DNA from: Octopus sinensis
Lineage: Eukaryota
Direction of reading: 5' to 3'
Length of the DNA stretch: 64,000 bases
Assembly: GCF_006345805.1 (NCBI RefSeq)
Contig: NC_043000.1
Span: 4,960,001-5,024,000 of the forward strand
Part shown: positions 12,738-25,575 of the stretch, in pieces
How the letters are laid out: each line of letters opens with the position of its first letter
How positions within the stretch are numbered: position 1 is the first letter of the stretch
Translations under genes and position numbers: made by a program
Notes under the pieces: generated by a model
Told to the model about the DNA's origin: nothing
What the model saw: only the letters and a program-made list of their open reading frames with translations
Database searches by the model: none

Positions 12738-13289
12738 TATCATTATTGAGTGAGAGAGCAGTGCATGCCATCAAAGTGACACTGGGGTAAAATAAACGAA
12801 GCCCAGTATACCCATCATGACTACCCGTCTGATTAGGGTACACCAGGTACATGCATCACAACCATATGTGCACGACATGCTGATCTCATATCAAGATAAA
12901 CAGTGCATGACTTTGCAGGTGGGGCCCAGTTAGAATTTTCTTCTGGTCGAGTAGCCCATCCCACTCAAAAGGTCCCTGAATAAGGTTTATTTAAGAATGT
13001 TGAACAACCCATGTTTCTAAAGGTGAATTATCCAAACCTCCAAGAATCCCTCTCAACACACGGCTACGATGCTCCCCCACTACTTCTACTCATGATCAGA
13101 GATGCACATATCATCAGCCACTAAGGGACATGCTCAACTGGTTAAGGTCAAACAACTGACAAGCAAATCTGTGGTATTGAGCAGAATATTTGCTGTAGCC
13201 CATCTTTTATACCAAGACAAAACAATGTACATGATGACATGTCCAATCAGTTAAGATCAGAAGCCATGAGGGCCACTGTCTGGTACTGC
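12738..13289. mobile_element. Unclassified ~550-bp non-coding, higher-GC element
   Basis: Sharp compositional boundaries and no ORF. Repetitiveness is inferred; there is only one copy in the window. Confidence 0.35.
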
Positions 13290-13381
13290 TGTGGGATTGA
13301 ACCAGAGTTTGTGATAGTGAAGCAAATTTCTTGATCTCACCATCTTCCCATTTGTGCCTTATCTCTCACACATGATTATAT

Positions 13382-13668
13382 ATTATCAGTTAGAGTTAGA
13401 ATTTCTAATATGAATTTTATTAAAATTTCAGTGTTATATTCAATTGTATTTGAAGAGAGTAACAGTAACCAGGTCATATAGGTGCAACAAAAGACATTTC
13501 AATGCTTAATAGAATATAATAGGATTACGAAACAAAATGAAAGTGAATATAATGGTCTATTAGAGATTTAAATGGTTGCCATCACCGTTGAAGCAATTAA
13601 TATCAAAATTTTACTCTGTTGTAAACACCAGTCTGAGATTAAAAAAAAAGAAAGACAGGCAACAAACT
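13382..13668 (-). repeat. Second copy of the ~285-bp repeat (inverted to 6121-6403)
   Basis: Direct reverse-complement match. Confidence 0.85.
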
Positions 13669-14037
13669 CATTGAGGCAAACACAAATTGTGTATCCATTG
13701 CTTGTCTCGTAATAGGTTCTTTGATGTTTTATACTCTTAGACTGGTGCTTGCAAAGGTATTGTATATACACCACTATTGCCATCCTAGTTGTTGTCACTG
13801 TTTAACGTTCATTTTCCTAAGCTCGCTTGGGTCAGACAGTCTGTTGAGGTAGATTTTTATTTATTTTCTTTTTATGGCCAGATATCCACCCTGTCCTCTT
13901 ACCAATGCATACCTGTTTCCCATTAAGGTAATATTTCCCCCAAGACCAGACATGCTTGTGCAGTATTTTGGGAAGGAATAATGTTCATTTGCGATAATCA
14001 TGGGATGCCAAGTAAATGAGACACAAGCATACAGACG

Positions 14038-14078
<41 letters not shown>

Positions 14079-14329
14079 TTCAGCATCAAACAGGGACAGT
14101 AAACAATGATGATGATGATGATGATGATATGATAACAAGCTTCTTTCAGTTTCTGTCTACCAAATCCACTCACAAAGATTTGGTTGGTCTGGGGTGATCA
14201 TATCCTGAGGCACCACACAAGTAGAACTTCTTAACCACATATGATAAATATAAATATAAATATAAATATATATATATTATATATATATATATATATATAT
14301 GTTTATATATAAGACCTGGGATGCTTCCG

Positions 14330-14790
14330 GCACCAGTTCCGCATAGCCCCTGCCCATTCAAAGTACCTTGGATCCCGGAACATCTCGCTGTGCTTGAGGA
14401 GACTTGTTGAGTCAAGTGCATGTACATGTACATGAACATCGAAATCAATATCAATGGAAACAGTAGTTGTGATACCTGTGCCGGTGGCACATAAAAAGCA
14501 CCATCCGAACATGACCGATGCCAACCCCGCCTCGAATGGCTTCTGTGCCGGTGGCACATAAAAAGCACCAACCGATCGTGGCCGATGCCAGACCCCTCTG
14601 GCACCTGTGCAGGTGGCACGTAAAAATCACCCACTACACTCGTGGAGTGGTTGGCGTTAGGAAGGGCATCCAGCTGTAGAAATACTGCCAGATCAGACTG
14701 GAGCCTGGAGCAGCCCCTGGCTCCCCAGACCCCGGTCGAAATGTCCAACCCGTGCTAGCGTGGAAAACGGACGTTAAACGATGATGATGA
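14330..14790 (+). mobile_element. RTE LINE 3' UTR fragment (family C) with internal subrepeats
   Basis: gaggagacttgttgagtcaagt motif (shared with 41810 and 51965), gtgccggtggcac subrepeats, conserved aggaagggcatccagctgtagaaa block, (GAT)n tail. Confidence 0.85.
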
Positions 14791-15447
14791 TATATATATA
14801 CATATATATACATATATACAATAGGCTTTCAGTTTCTGCCTACCAAAATCCACTTACAAGGCTTTGGTCAGCCTGAGGCTATAGTAAAAGAAACTTGCCC
14901 AAGGTGGCACACAGTGGAATGGAACTGAACCTAGAATCATGTGGTTGGGAAAAAAATTTCTTACCACACAACCATGCTGTGACACAAAATGACACTGGTA
15001 TTGACATAAAGAGCAGCCTTTCTAAGACTTTCAGCAGTTTGCAACCCAAGAGGAAAAGACTGATGATACAAAATACTTAGTAAAGAAGAGAGACAGTGAA
15101 ACCCTTCGAGTACCAAGATGTAACTGAAAATGATGATCAGGCATGTGATGAGCAGCTGCTCAAAAATGTCATCAAGGTACTTCCTCCTAATGTGACATAA
15201 TGTTGTTTCTGAAACAATATGCCATCTGAGAACCAGACTGTTTGGAAATGAATACAGAGAACCCCCACTGTTATAAAATATATAAATTAACATCAACACA
15301 GGGAACAACATCATCAAAATTTCTCAAAAGGGTAAGCATAACAGGCTGGAGGTCCTTATTTGGGAAGACAAGGAAATATATCAAAATAGAGGTCAAATAC
15401 CCTGCTAATGTGGGTATCTATTTGAAAATTAAAGAGAAAGAGGATAA

Positions 15448-16790
15448 ATAATAATAATAATAATAATAATAATAATTGTGTACAGTGCTCAGGTGCACTA
15501 CAACTCATCTAAAGTGTATATATAATCAGGTGTAGTTTCGGCGGATTTCGGAAAGCATGAGGGCCTTAAAAGATGCAGTGTCATGGCAGTCAACAACTGA
15601 CGCAGGCAGTTTATTCCATGCTTCAGCAACTCTGAGCGTGAAAAAATGTTTCCGAAAGTCATGGGAGCTGTGTTGTTTTCTGACTTTGTAGGCATGTCCA
15701 CGTGTGTTAGACACATGGAGATCAAAAGATGTTCAGTGTTGTTGTTGGTGAGGTGGTTGATAACTTTGTGGGTGTTTACCAGTCCGTCGCCAAACGCCGG
15801 AGCCTCAGTGAATCCATGCCCAGGAAACAAGGCGCTCAGAATATGGTAGGTGTCTGATGGAGGGTATGCGTTTGGTTGCACGTCTCTGGACGATTCCAGG
15901 AGGTCAATGTTCTGTGCAAGATAGGGGTTCCAAACTGATGATGCGAATCCAAGTGTGGTCGTACCATAGCTGTATACAGTTTTAAATAGATGGCTGGAGC
16001 GGCTAACAAAAGACCTGCTGAGTGATGCCAAGACACCCTCGGCCTTCCTGACAATCTTAGAGATATGCTTTGACCAACGCAAATCACGGCTGACAGTGAT
16101 GCCTAGGTCACACTCGCAAGAGGATTTCTTGATATCAGTGTTGTGGAGGGAGTAAGTGAACGCAGGGTTTTTTTTCTCCCAAAATGCATGGTGGTACACT
16201 TGTCACAGCCAGTTTCAGTTGCCAGTCTGTGATCCATTGCTGCATTGTGTCTAGGTCTGATTGCAGGAAGAGTTGTAGACATCAGGATCTGTCCTCTTGA
16301 TTTCAAGGTACAGCTTGATGTCGTCTGCATATTCAATACTGTGCATTCTTTAAATTGGCATCTATGTCGTTATGTATGCCACAACAAGAGGGGACCAAGG
16401 ACAGATCCTGTGGTACACCCGATGACATCTCATATGGTGTAGAGTGCTGTCCTAGAACTGTGACTACCTCCTTTCGGCTGAGGATGAAGGATTTCAACCA
16501 GTTAAAAAGGTCATCCCCACACCCATTGCAGAGAGTTTCACCATAAGCCTTTTGTGTGGCACAAGTTGAAAGCCTTAGCAAAGTCAAGGTAGACAACATC
16601 CACCCATGAGCCACTGTCAGTAATCTGAGTAATGTCCTCAAGGAACTCGACAAGCTGGTCACTGCAGCTGGAGTTAGGGACAAATCCATATTGTGAGGGT
16701 CGGATGAGACTGTGAGAGCTCCAGAAGTTCCAGAGTGTTTCTCTGACACACGATTCCATAACTAAGGTCATTTACTTTGAAACTATCATT
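15448..16790 (-). mobile_element. CR1-group LINE, 5'-truncated and frameshifted (RT to 3' end)
   Basis: Minus frames give SQYGFVPNSSCSDQLVEFLED...VDVVYLDFAKAF, GVPQ and TRGHAYK...RKHFFTLRVAEAWNKLP; (ATT)n tail at 15448-15476. A tiny 3' copy lies near 17690-17715. Confidence 0.92.
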
Positions 16791-16819
16791 TTCAATACCA
16801 AGGTTATAAATTCACATGT

Positions 16820-17200
16820 CAGTGGCACAAAAAAAGCACCATTTGAGCATGATCGTTACCAGCGTCGTCTTACTGGCACCTGTGCCGGTGGCACATGAAA
16901 AAACATTCGAACGAGGTTGTTGCCAGTGCCGATTGGACTGACTCCTGTGCAGGTGGCACGTAAAATACCATTTTGAGTGTGGCCATTGCCAGTACTGCCA
17001 GACTGGCCCTCGTGCCGGTGGCACATAAAAGCACCCACTACACTCTCGGAGTGGTTGACGTTGGGAAGGGCATCCAGCTGTAGAAACTCTGCCAGACCAG
17101 ATTGGAGTCTGGCGCAGCCATCTGGTTCGCCAGTCCTCAGTCAAATCATCCAACCCATGCTAGCATGGAAAGCGAACGTTAAATGATGATGATGATGATG
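16820..17200 (+). mobile_element. RTE LINE 3' UTR fragment (family C)
   Basis: Several gtgccggtggcac subrepeats, conserved block and (GAT)n tail. Confidence 0.85.
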
Positions 17201-17481
17201 ATCAATAATAACTGGTGCAATTGATTTTGTGAGTAAATGCATAAGTGGGAGTCTGGATGGTGTTTCAAAGAAATAAATCAACCTGCTTAAATGCACATTA
17301 CAAATACATTCCATAACTGGAACAGTAAAAATATACAAGACTTTTCTCAAGTTCAGAGTGTAATATTGTTCTTTCTTTTTTTTTATCTACAGTCCAATGA
17401 TGGACCTTTGTATCTTTGTTAGAAATCAGCCCCTTCCTTAGAAGAAGACTTCAAATAATTAAAAGTAAAAGAAAATAAACG

Positions 17482-17645
17482 TACTGATAGGGCACAGAAA
17501 GTGTGTCAATAGCCAGGTGGAGGAGGTGTCCTCCTGGGGCCACAAGGTACAGTAGCATCCACTCTTAGGGGTTAGCCACATCTAAGTGGCAAATATACCT
17601 CACGATGTGTTGCAGCTACTGTTTATACCTCACTCAGAGAATAAA
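17482..17645 (+). mobile_element. Partial copy of hammerhead element R2 spanning the unit junction
   Basis: First part matches 47301-47422; the continuation after tggcaaatatac matches 47066-47105. Confidence 0.75.
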
Positions 17646-18665
17646 CATACATATGTACATATGTATTTACATAAATAATAATAATGAAATTATTGTATAC
17701 AGTGCTCAGGTGCACCATACATACATACATAATGATTACAAGTGTAGGTTTATACTTGTAAATTTTGTGGCACTGGGATATGTAACAAATTGCCTATGCA
17801 CCAATCTTGAGAAATTAGGCTTCTCAAACTCAGGAAGGAGAAAGCTAACTCAAAGACTACAGATCCAAGCCATCACTGGAACTTCAAAAATTTGTAAAAC
17901 TTTTCAGATATACAACTATAAGCATGAGAATACATACATAAAACAAAGCATATAAATTTGCACATGCACTGGCTCTAAAAACTGCACACATACACACAAA
18001 CATGCACAAATACCCTGTTGATGTTGGTGAAATTCCAATGAAGGAACCTTGGATCTAGGTTAGAAATCAGCTCTTTCTCTGTTGGAAAGAAATCTTGAAA
18101 TAAAACTGAATAACGACATTCATACACATTTCTTTAATAATAGCTGCTGCTTGTAGGTTGGTTAGGAGGTTGGTTGAATTCCCTGTCATGCTTTATATTG
18201 TATAGAGAGAGGGGGAGAGAAAGAGCGAGAGAGAGAGAGAGTAAAAGCCAGATAAAGGGAGATATGTAGGATGAGTGCATATACCAGCATCTCTTTCATT
18301 CTTATAACATTCTGAAAAATTAGATTTATGAAAGTTTTACTCAGTTTAGCTTTTACGACGGAGTAGATTGAGATTATGTTGATAAAATTTAGAAAAATGA
18401 TACTATATATTTATTGCAAATATGCAAATGAGAAACTTGTCTCATTTAATTTTATTTTAAAGTAAGAAATATTTTCCATTCGAAAGATAGTATTCATTTC
18501 ATCATTTTGTTTAAGTACCAAGAAACATGATAAAAGTTAAATCATAATTATTGTATGTATGTTATATTTACTGATATTACCCATGGTAGAAAAAGTATAC
18601 TTCCAAAGTTATTCACCATATGATGTGTAACACTCCATTATATATATATATATATATATATACAT

Positions 18666-19071
18666 CTCTTTTACTCTTTTACTTGTTTCAGTCATTTGAC
18701 TGCGGCCATGCTGGAGCACCGCCTTTTAGTCGAGCAAATCGACCCCGGGACTTATTCTTTGTAAGCCCAGTACTTATTCAATCGGTCTCTTTTGCTGAAC
18801 CGCTAAGTGACGGGGATGTAAACACACCAGCATCGGTTGTCAAGCAATGCTAGGGGGACAATCACAGACACACGAACACATACACACACATATATATATG
18901 TACATATATACGACAGGCTTCTTTCAGTTTCCGTCTATCAAATCCACTCACAAGGCTTTGGTCGGCCCGAGGCTATAGTAGAAGACACTTGCCCAAGGTG
19001 CCACACAGTGGGACTGAACCGGAACCATGTGGTTGGTAAACAAGCTACTTACCACACAGCCACTCCGGCGC

Positions 19072-19072
<1 letters not shown>
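18666..19072 (-). mobile_element. tRNA-derived SINE family A, full length
   Basis: Complete reverse-complement match from the tail to the ggcgccggagtggctgtgtggtaag head. Confidence 0.92.
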
Positions 19073-19104
<32 letters not shown>

Positions 19105-19117
19105 CATATATATTTCA

Positions 19118-19194
<77 letters not shown>

Positions 19195-19496
19195 TACATA
19201 TATATAATACATATTATATACATATATAATATACATATACATATTATGTATATATATATATACATATATATATATACATATATATATATACATATATAAT
19301 ATATATACATATATATAATATATACATATACACATATATATATAATATATACACATATATTATAGATATATATAATATATATAATCATCATATATATATA
19401 TATATATATATAATATATATACATATATGTATGTGTATAATATATATATATACTTATATATATATAGATAGATAGATTGGAAAAAAAATGAACAGA

Positions 19497-19639
19497 AATG
19501 GCTTTTCTGATAATTCTTATATTTAAATAATTATATGTTTATAAATTATTAGGTGTTTACATTTGCAAACACCTAATAATTTATAATAATTTATAAACAC
19601 CTAATTATTAAAGTGGAAAAAATTATCAGAAAAGCTATT
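19497..19639. mobile_element. Palindromic MITE-like element with an inner perfect 20-bp hairpin
   Basis: Outer aatggcttttctgataatt / aattatcagaaaagctatt; inner perfect arms 19539-19558 and 19567-19586; related to 54061-54158. Confidence 0.65.
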
Positions 19640-20354
19640 ACTATTCAATTTTTCAAATATATAACATTGTACCATAGACTTCCTGTTTCTAATCCTACAA
19701 TACATATATATGTATATATATATATATAAACATGTAAGTCACATTATATGGATTCAAGTAATTGGGTAGTAATCATGAAAAAAGCTACTTAATGTATCAT
19801 TTTAAGAACATACAGAATATGTAATACAAGAGAAAATAAGGTGAGTGTAAAGTCTGAGGACATAGCTTAAATTCTACATTATTTTGAAAGACTTTCTTGC
19901 ATTTTGCATTAGTGTAGGCATGTATGTAATTTACTCTATAATAATATAAATCATTTACATGTTTTTAAGTTATGAAACAATTTGTTTCATCAAAATATTT
20001 CTCTGTCATTTGTGACTGTATAAATAAACATTTATGTACGCATACGTGCATTTATATATGAAAGGTTAGTATGCAGTTTCTCTCAATGTACTACTCTGAT
20101 AAGGCATTGGTCTATCAAGCGCTATAGCAGAAGAGGACTTGCTCAGAGTAACATGCGGTGAGATAGAACACACAACAACATTATGAAGTGAAAGGATTAT
20201 CCCCACAGCAATGTCTTCCTGTATGATGTAATATAAGCTTATCCCTCATATCCCGACAAAGGTAATACACGGATGCCTGTCTTTTGAAATCTCCTTTCAA
20301 TTGTATTTTGCAAAACACACCATTTTACAGTTTTATTCAGTTCTGTGTTTGCAT

Positions 20355-20390
<36 letters not shown>

Positions 20391-21114
20391 GAAAGAGGTG
20401 GAGAGAGAGAAAGAGAGGAAACGAGAGAAAGAGAGGAAACGAGAGAAAGGAAGAGAGAGAGAGAGAAAGAGAGTGGAAGAGAGAGAGGAAGAGAAAGAAA
20501 GAGAAAGAGAGAGAGAGGGATATGGAGCCATTCCGCTGTGGCCATGCTGGTGCAATGACTTGAAGGTTTTAGTCAAACAAATTGACTCAGTATTTCTTTT
20601 GTTTTTAAAAAACAAAGTCCTGGGGTCAATTTGTTTGTTGTCCATTGTTGAACTGTTATGTTATGGCAGGTGTAAAGAGACGAAAATCAGTTCTCAAAGA
20701 CAAACGTAAAGACATGTGGGTACACACACACACACACATACACAGATGTATCAGGTACAGCATATATATTTGCTCATTATTCATTTTATTGTAAAATAAA
20801 ATGTTTAGGCTAAGTCTAATGAAATTTTACAGGCTGATTGCTTTATAAATTGACAACATCTTACATTTATTTACAATTCAAAATGACCTCCCTTGCTTCC
20901 ACCTTACTTAGTTCTTTACAGAAGCCATTTTCCATTTCACAATTCTTTCTACCAGCTATCATTAATGCTGCAATTTGTTTATGCTTTATTTTGAGCCAGC
21001 ATATTTAATTAATGGTAAACAATAAAACAAAAGAATGATATGATGTCTTATACAACATTTTTGTAGATAAGAATGCTTTAATCTATATTAAAATCATGGG
21101 TAAATTATTTTGTT

Positions 21115-21410
21115 TAAAATCGTGGCCGAAGCCAGTGCCACCTCGACTGGCTTCTGTGCAGGTGGCACGTAAAATGCACCAATCCGACCGTGGCCGATGC
21201 CAGCCTCGCCTGGCACCAGTGCAGGTGGCACGTAAAAAGCACCCACTACACTCACAGAGTGGTTGGCGTTAGGAAGGGCATCCAGCTGTAGAAACATTGC
21301 CAAATAAGACCGGAGCCTGGTGTAGCCTTCTGGCTTCCCAGATCCCCAGTCGAACCGTCCAACCCATCCTAGCATGGAGAACGAACGTTAAACGATGATG
21401 ATGATGATGA
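21115..21410 (+). mobile_element. RTE LINE 3' UTR fragment (family C)
   Basis: Conserved block and (GAT)n tail. Confidence 0.85.
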
Positions 21411-21702
21411 AGGAATAACAAATATGTTGCAACTGGTACAAACATACATACATATGTACATACGTACATATGTATGTATGGATGCATGCATATATGTATG
21501 TATGTAGTTATACACACACACACGCATACACACACACACATACACACACATGGACTGAACCTGGAACCATGTGATTGGGAAGCAAGCGTCTTACGACACA
21601 ATCACACCTGTGCCTACACACATTCACGCACACACACATAAATATATATATGCTCCAGCATGGCTGCAGTCAAATGACTGAAACCAGTAAGAGTAAAAGA
21701 AT

Positions 21703-22125
21703 TGTTGTTGGCATCCTTTTGTCTCGGGACACAATGGAGTTGCACATAAACTAATCCAGTCTGGTTTTTACATTTCATGTCCTCTCCAGTTTCCTCTCCA
21801 GTTTTGCGTAAGCCTGAGCTAGATGTAAGAAAATCCTGGGTAGCCCAGTTGTCAGGATTCCTCTCTCAACCTTGCTGACATAGTCCAAAGGAGTGCAGAG
21901 CATTACATCTAGCACCAGCTTGGTTGGAGGAGCTGCCAGAAGAGTGTTGAGTCGAACACTAACCGCCTATGGGGCTCCACTCCGGATTTCTTTGAAGGTT
22001 GTCTCCTTTCTGTAACCCTGGATAAGGGCCCATACCAGGTAATGTCATCCAGAGCTGGCTGAGCCTGGGACTCATGTCAGGCAGGGTTGTCACTCCCTGA
22101 AGTACTGAAGAAAATCGCTAATCAC
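21703..22125 (-). mobile_element. Probable bipartite non-autonomous RTE derivative (5'UTR-like part fused to an RTE 3' end)
   Basis: Its 3' ~75 bp (ggacatgaaatg...caactccattgtgtcccgagacaaaaggatgccaacaac) match the 3' end of the RTE at 56925-57170, but there is no ORF upstream; the upstream part resembles RTE 5' UTRs as I recall them. Confidence 0.55.
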
Positions 22126-23344
22126 TACCTAAGAGTAAAAGAATATATATACACATACATACAGTGGGTTTCTTACAATTTCTGTCAATAAGCTTTACCC
22201 ACAAGGCATCGGTTAGCCTTGAGCATCTTGCCCAAGGTACTGCACAGTGGAACTGAACCCAAAAGGACCACGTGGGTGGGAAGCAAACTTCTTAAACATA
22301 CAGCTTTGCTTGCACCACCCAGTTCCTGTTACTGACTGGTTTCATGGTAAATAACCTTCCAAGTGTGGAAACACAGAACCATTTGGTGTTGAGACTAAAT
22401 TTATAATACTATAGACACATAATATGCTCACTTTATTACCTAATATATGAGTGCCAACCTTTTTTCTGACTTGTTGGAGAACTATATATGTGTGTGTGTG
22501 TGCCTATGCGTATGCATATATATATATGTATATATGTATATATGTATGTATATACATCTATATATATATGTATGTATGTATGCATGTATGTATGCATATA
22601 TGTATGTATTTACATGTGTTAGTATGTATGTATGGAAATAAACTGAAACTGTATACTGTGCATTAGCCAATCTTACTTTTCATCACCTAACTGAGAGCTG
22701 TAGTATACTTAGTGAATGAACGAAAGCAACCTTGAATAACAACACATAAAATGGCCGACAGAAGTTACTAAAGCCAACATAAATTGCTTTAACTATTAAA
22801 ATGAATAACTATTTTCAAAGTTATTGAAGGTGATTAACTTTCTAAATTTATTGAATTCATCAATTTTAAAACTATTTCTTATTTGATGTTGTTTAGTTTC
22901 TAATAGGATTCACTGGCTGATATAATTTTCTCAGACAGATTTGCATCTATAAATCAATTATGCTTTTCTCGGCCATTTGGCAAACAGGCAGCTTTGGTGA
23001 GGTGCCACATTAATGGTGTCATGAAATTTTCTGTAAGAATTCCAGCATCTGATATCTACAATAATATTGAAGTCTTCATTGTAAAAGGAAAAGCTCTTGC
23101 TTTGGTTCTATTATTATCTTTTCTTGAAGAATATAGGAAGTATCATATCTCAATAAGTTCTCTGTTGATGGAATAATGATATTTATTATAGACAGACAGA
23201 TCTCAGATCTCACATTTGTCAGCAACAACTTAACCCTATTAATACCATCTCACCTGAGACAAACTCTGCTTCTCTTATTTTAAAAACAATTTAAACTAAA
23301 GCCTGCCATCAATATTTTGTGTTAATCTGTTTTCCAAACAAAAT

Positions 23345-23780
23345 AGTGGTGAGCTGGCTGAATCATTATTGCACTGGGCAAAATGCTTTGCAGCATTATG
23401 TTCTGAGTTCAAATTCTGCAGAGGTTGACTTTGCCTTTTATCCTTTTGGGGTCAATAAAATAAGTTCCAGTTGAGCGCTGGGGTCCATTAATAGTTTCGG
23501 TCCCTCCCCCAATCTTGTTGGCCTTGTGCCAAAATTTGAAATCAATATTTTGTGTCAATATATTTTCCAAACTAAGGTGGTGAGCTGGCAGAATCAGAGC
23601 CAAATGCTAGCAGTGTTATGTTCTGAGTTCAATTTCCTCCAAGGTTGTCTTCAATTTTCATCCTTTCGGGGATGATAAAATAAGTACGAGTTGAGCCCTG
23701 GGGCTGATGTAACTGACTTAATCCCACCTCTTAACACGCTTGCCTTGTGCCAAAATTTGAAATCAATATATTTTCTAAGC
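23345..23780 (+). mobile_element. Two adjacent SINE family B copies
   Basis: ggtgagctggc(a/t)gaatc heads at ~23347 and ~23578, each followed by the tcatcctttcgggg core. Confidence 0.8.
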
Positions 23781-24039
23781 ATCAGCTCGATGGTGACAAA
23801 AAATAATTTCACAAAATACTTCATTATTCATAATATTAATCGATACAACACCAAGAAGAAATATGGTAATAAATGGGTTAAACATTTGTTGTTAGTTTTT
23901 AACATCTTGGCTCTATAGTTAGGAAATTTACTTCCCAACCACATGGTTTTGGGTTCAGTCCTATTTAGTGGCACCTCAGGAAAGTGTTATCTACAATAGT
24001 CAACCAAAACTCTGGATTTGGGAGACAGAACGTTGTCCA

Positions 24040-24360
24040 TACTGGCATGGGTTGGATGGTTTGACTAGAGCTGCACCAGATCCCAATCTGATTTGGCATG
24101 GGTTCTACAGTTGGATGCCCTTCCTAAAGCCAACTACTTTACAAAGTGTGCTAGGTGCTTTTATGTGGCATCATATGGGCACTTTTATGTGGCCCCACAT
24201 GGGCACATTTTACATAACACTGCACAAGTGCTTTTATATAGCACCACATGGGCACATTTTACATGGTGCTGCACAAGCGCTTTTATGTGACACCATATGT
24301 GCGCTTTTACATGGCATCACACAGGTGCTTTTACATAGTACCATCATGAGTGCTTTTCAC
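24040..24360 (-). mobile_element. RTE 3' UTR fragment with ~20-bp tandem subrepeats
   Basis: ggatgcccttcct block followed by repeated gcttttatgtggcaccacatgggca variants. Confidence 0.7.
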
Positions 24361-24679
24361 CATCAGAGGGACCATATATATATATACACACACATACACA
24401 CTCATATAAATGTGTATGTGTATTCATGTGTATGTATGTGTGTATGTCCTTGTCTTGACATCAACAGACAGTTGCAAGTGAGTACCAGCGTCCTTCATTC
24501 CCAGTCTTCCAGGAAAACATGTCTAGCCATGAGGAAATATTACTTTGCTTGGAAACAGGTGAAAGGTTGGTGCCTCAACAAATTCTTCCTGACCCATGCA
24601 AACATGGCAAAGTGGATGTTAAAATAAAGGATGATGATGATGATGATGTGCCTAGCCATGAAGTGGCAGACTTACTCTG

Positions 24680-25035
24680 TTTGCCAAATTTAAGAGTTAA
24701 TAAATTGCCAAATTTGAGAGATTCAAATATTTCCAGATTTAAGGAATTCAAAGATTACTGGATTTAAGGAGCCCAATCATTAGGAAATTTAAGATGTCCA
24801 AAAATTTTCAGATTTGAGAAGTACAAAAATTGTGAGACTTAAGAAGTCAAAAAGTTGCTAGATTAAAGGGGTCCAAAAATTGCCAAATTTAAGACATCCA
24901 AAAATTTCCAGATTTAAGAGGTCCAAAAATGATCAAATTTAAACCCACCCAAAATTTCCAGATTTAAGAGGTCAAGAGGTCCAAAAATTATCAAATTTAG
25001 ACAGTCCAAAAATTGTCAAATTGAAGGAGTCCAAC
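24680..25035. repeat. Degenerate ~25-bp minisatellite, roughly 14 units
   Basis: Consensus ~tccaaaaattgccagatttaagagg; tccaaaaat recurs at 24872, 24897 and 24922. Confidence 0.85.
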
Positions 25036-25532
25036 ATGTACATGCTTTACTGATTGTGGTGGATTTTGAATACAGAATATAAGAGAGACTGTAACTAAGT
25101 AGTGCAAGGCATTTGTCTAATACTCTACTGCTACAGTTAATATATAAACCATAAACAGCTTGATTTATCAGAGATAGAAAGAAGCATCATATCTGGTACA
25201 AACATTAGTTCAAACTTTAACCACTGTCATTCTATTGTATTCAAAACCAATGCACAATATATTTTCTTACCTTAGCAAAGGGAAAAAAAAAGGAAAAAAA
25301 AAATATCAAGCCAAACAATAAATTCTATATGCACTTCATTGTTCATATGTTTAATATCAAAAGAGGAAATCCTATCTATTGAATATCTCTTGCAGCATTT
25401 CAATTGAAACATATCTAAACATGAAGTGTATGTGCAAGAAAAAACAGCTGTGCTGGTAGGCACGTGTGTAATGCAAAATGGATGCTATATGGCGATACTG
25501 TGATATTGTGTTGGGAGATGGCTACGATAGCA

Positions 25533-25575
<43 letters not shown>

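Noticed and set aside
14980-15445. Protein-like stretch (ORF 15242-15451 and neighbours)
   Set aside because: Multiple stops and no recognisable motif; possibly an old transposon but unsupported.
18025-18080. Hammerhead-like ccaatga-aggaacct...aggtta-gaaa-tcagctc
   Set aside because: Two core substitutions, no stem III and misregistered stem I; only a family consensus could rescue it.
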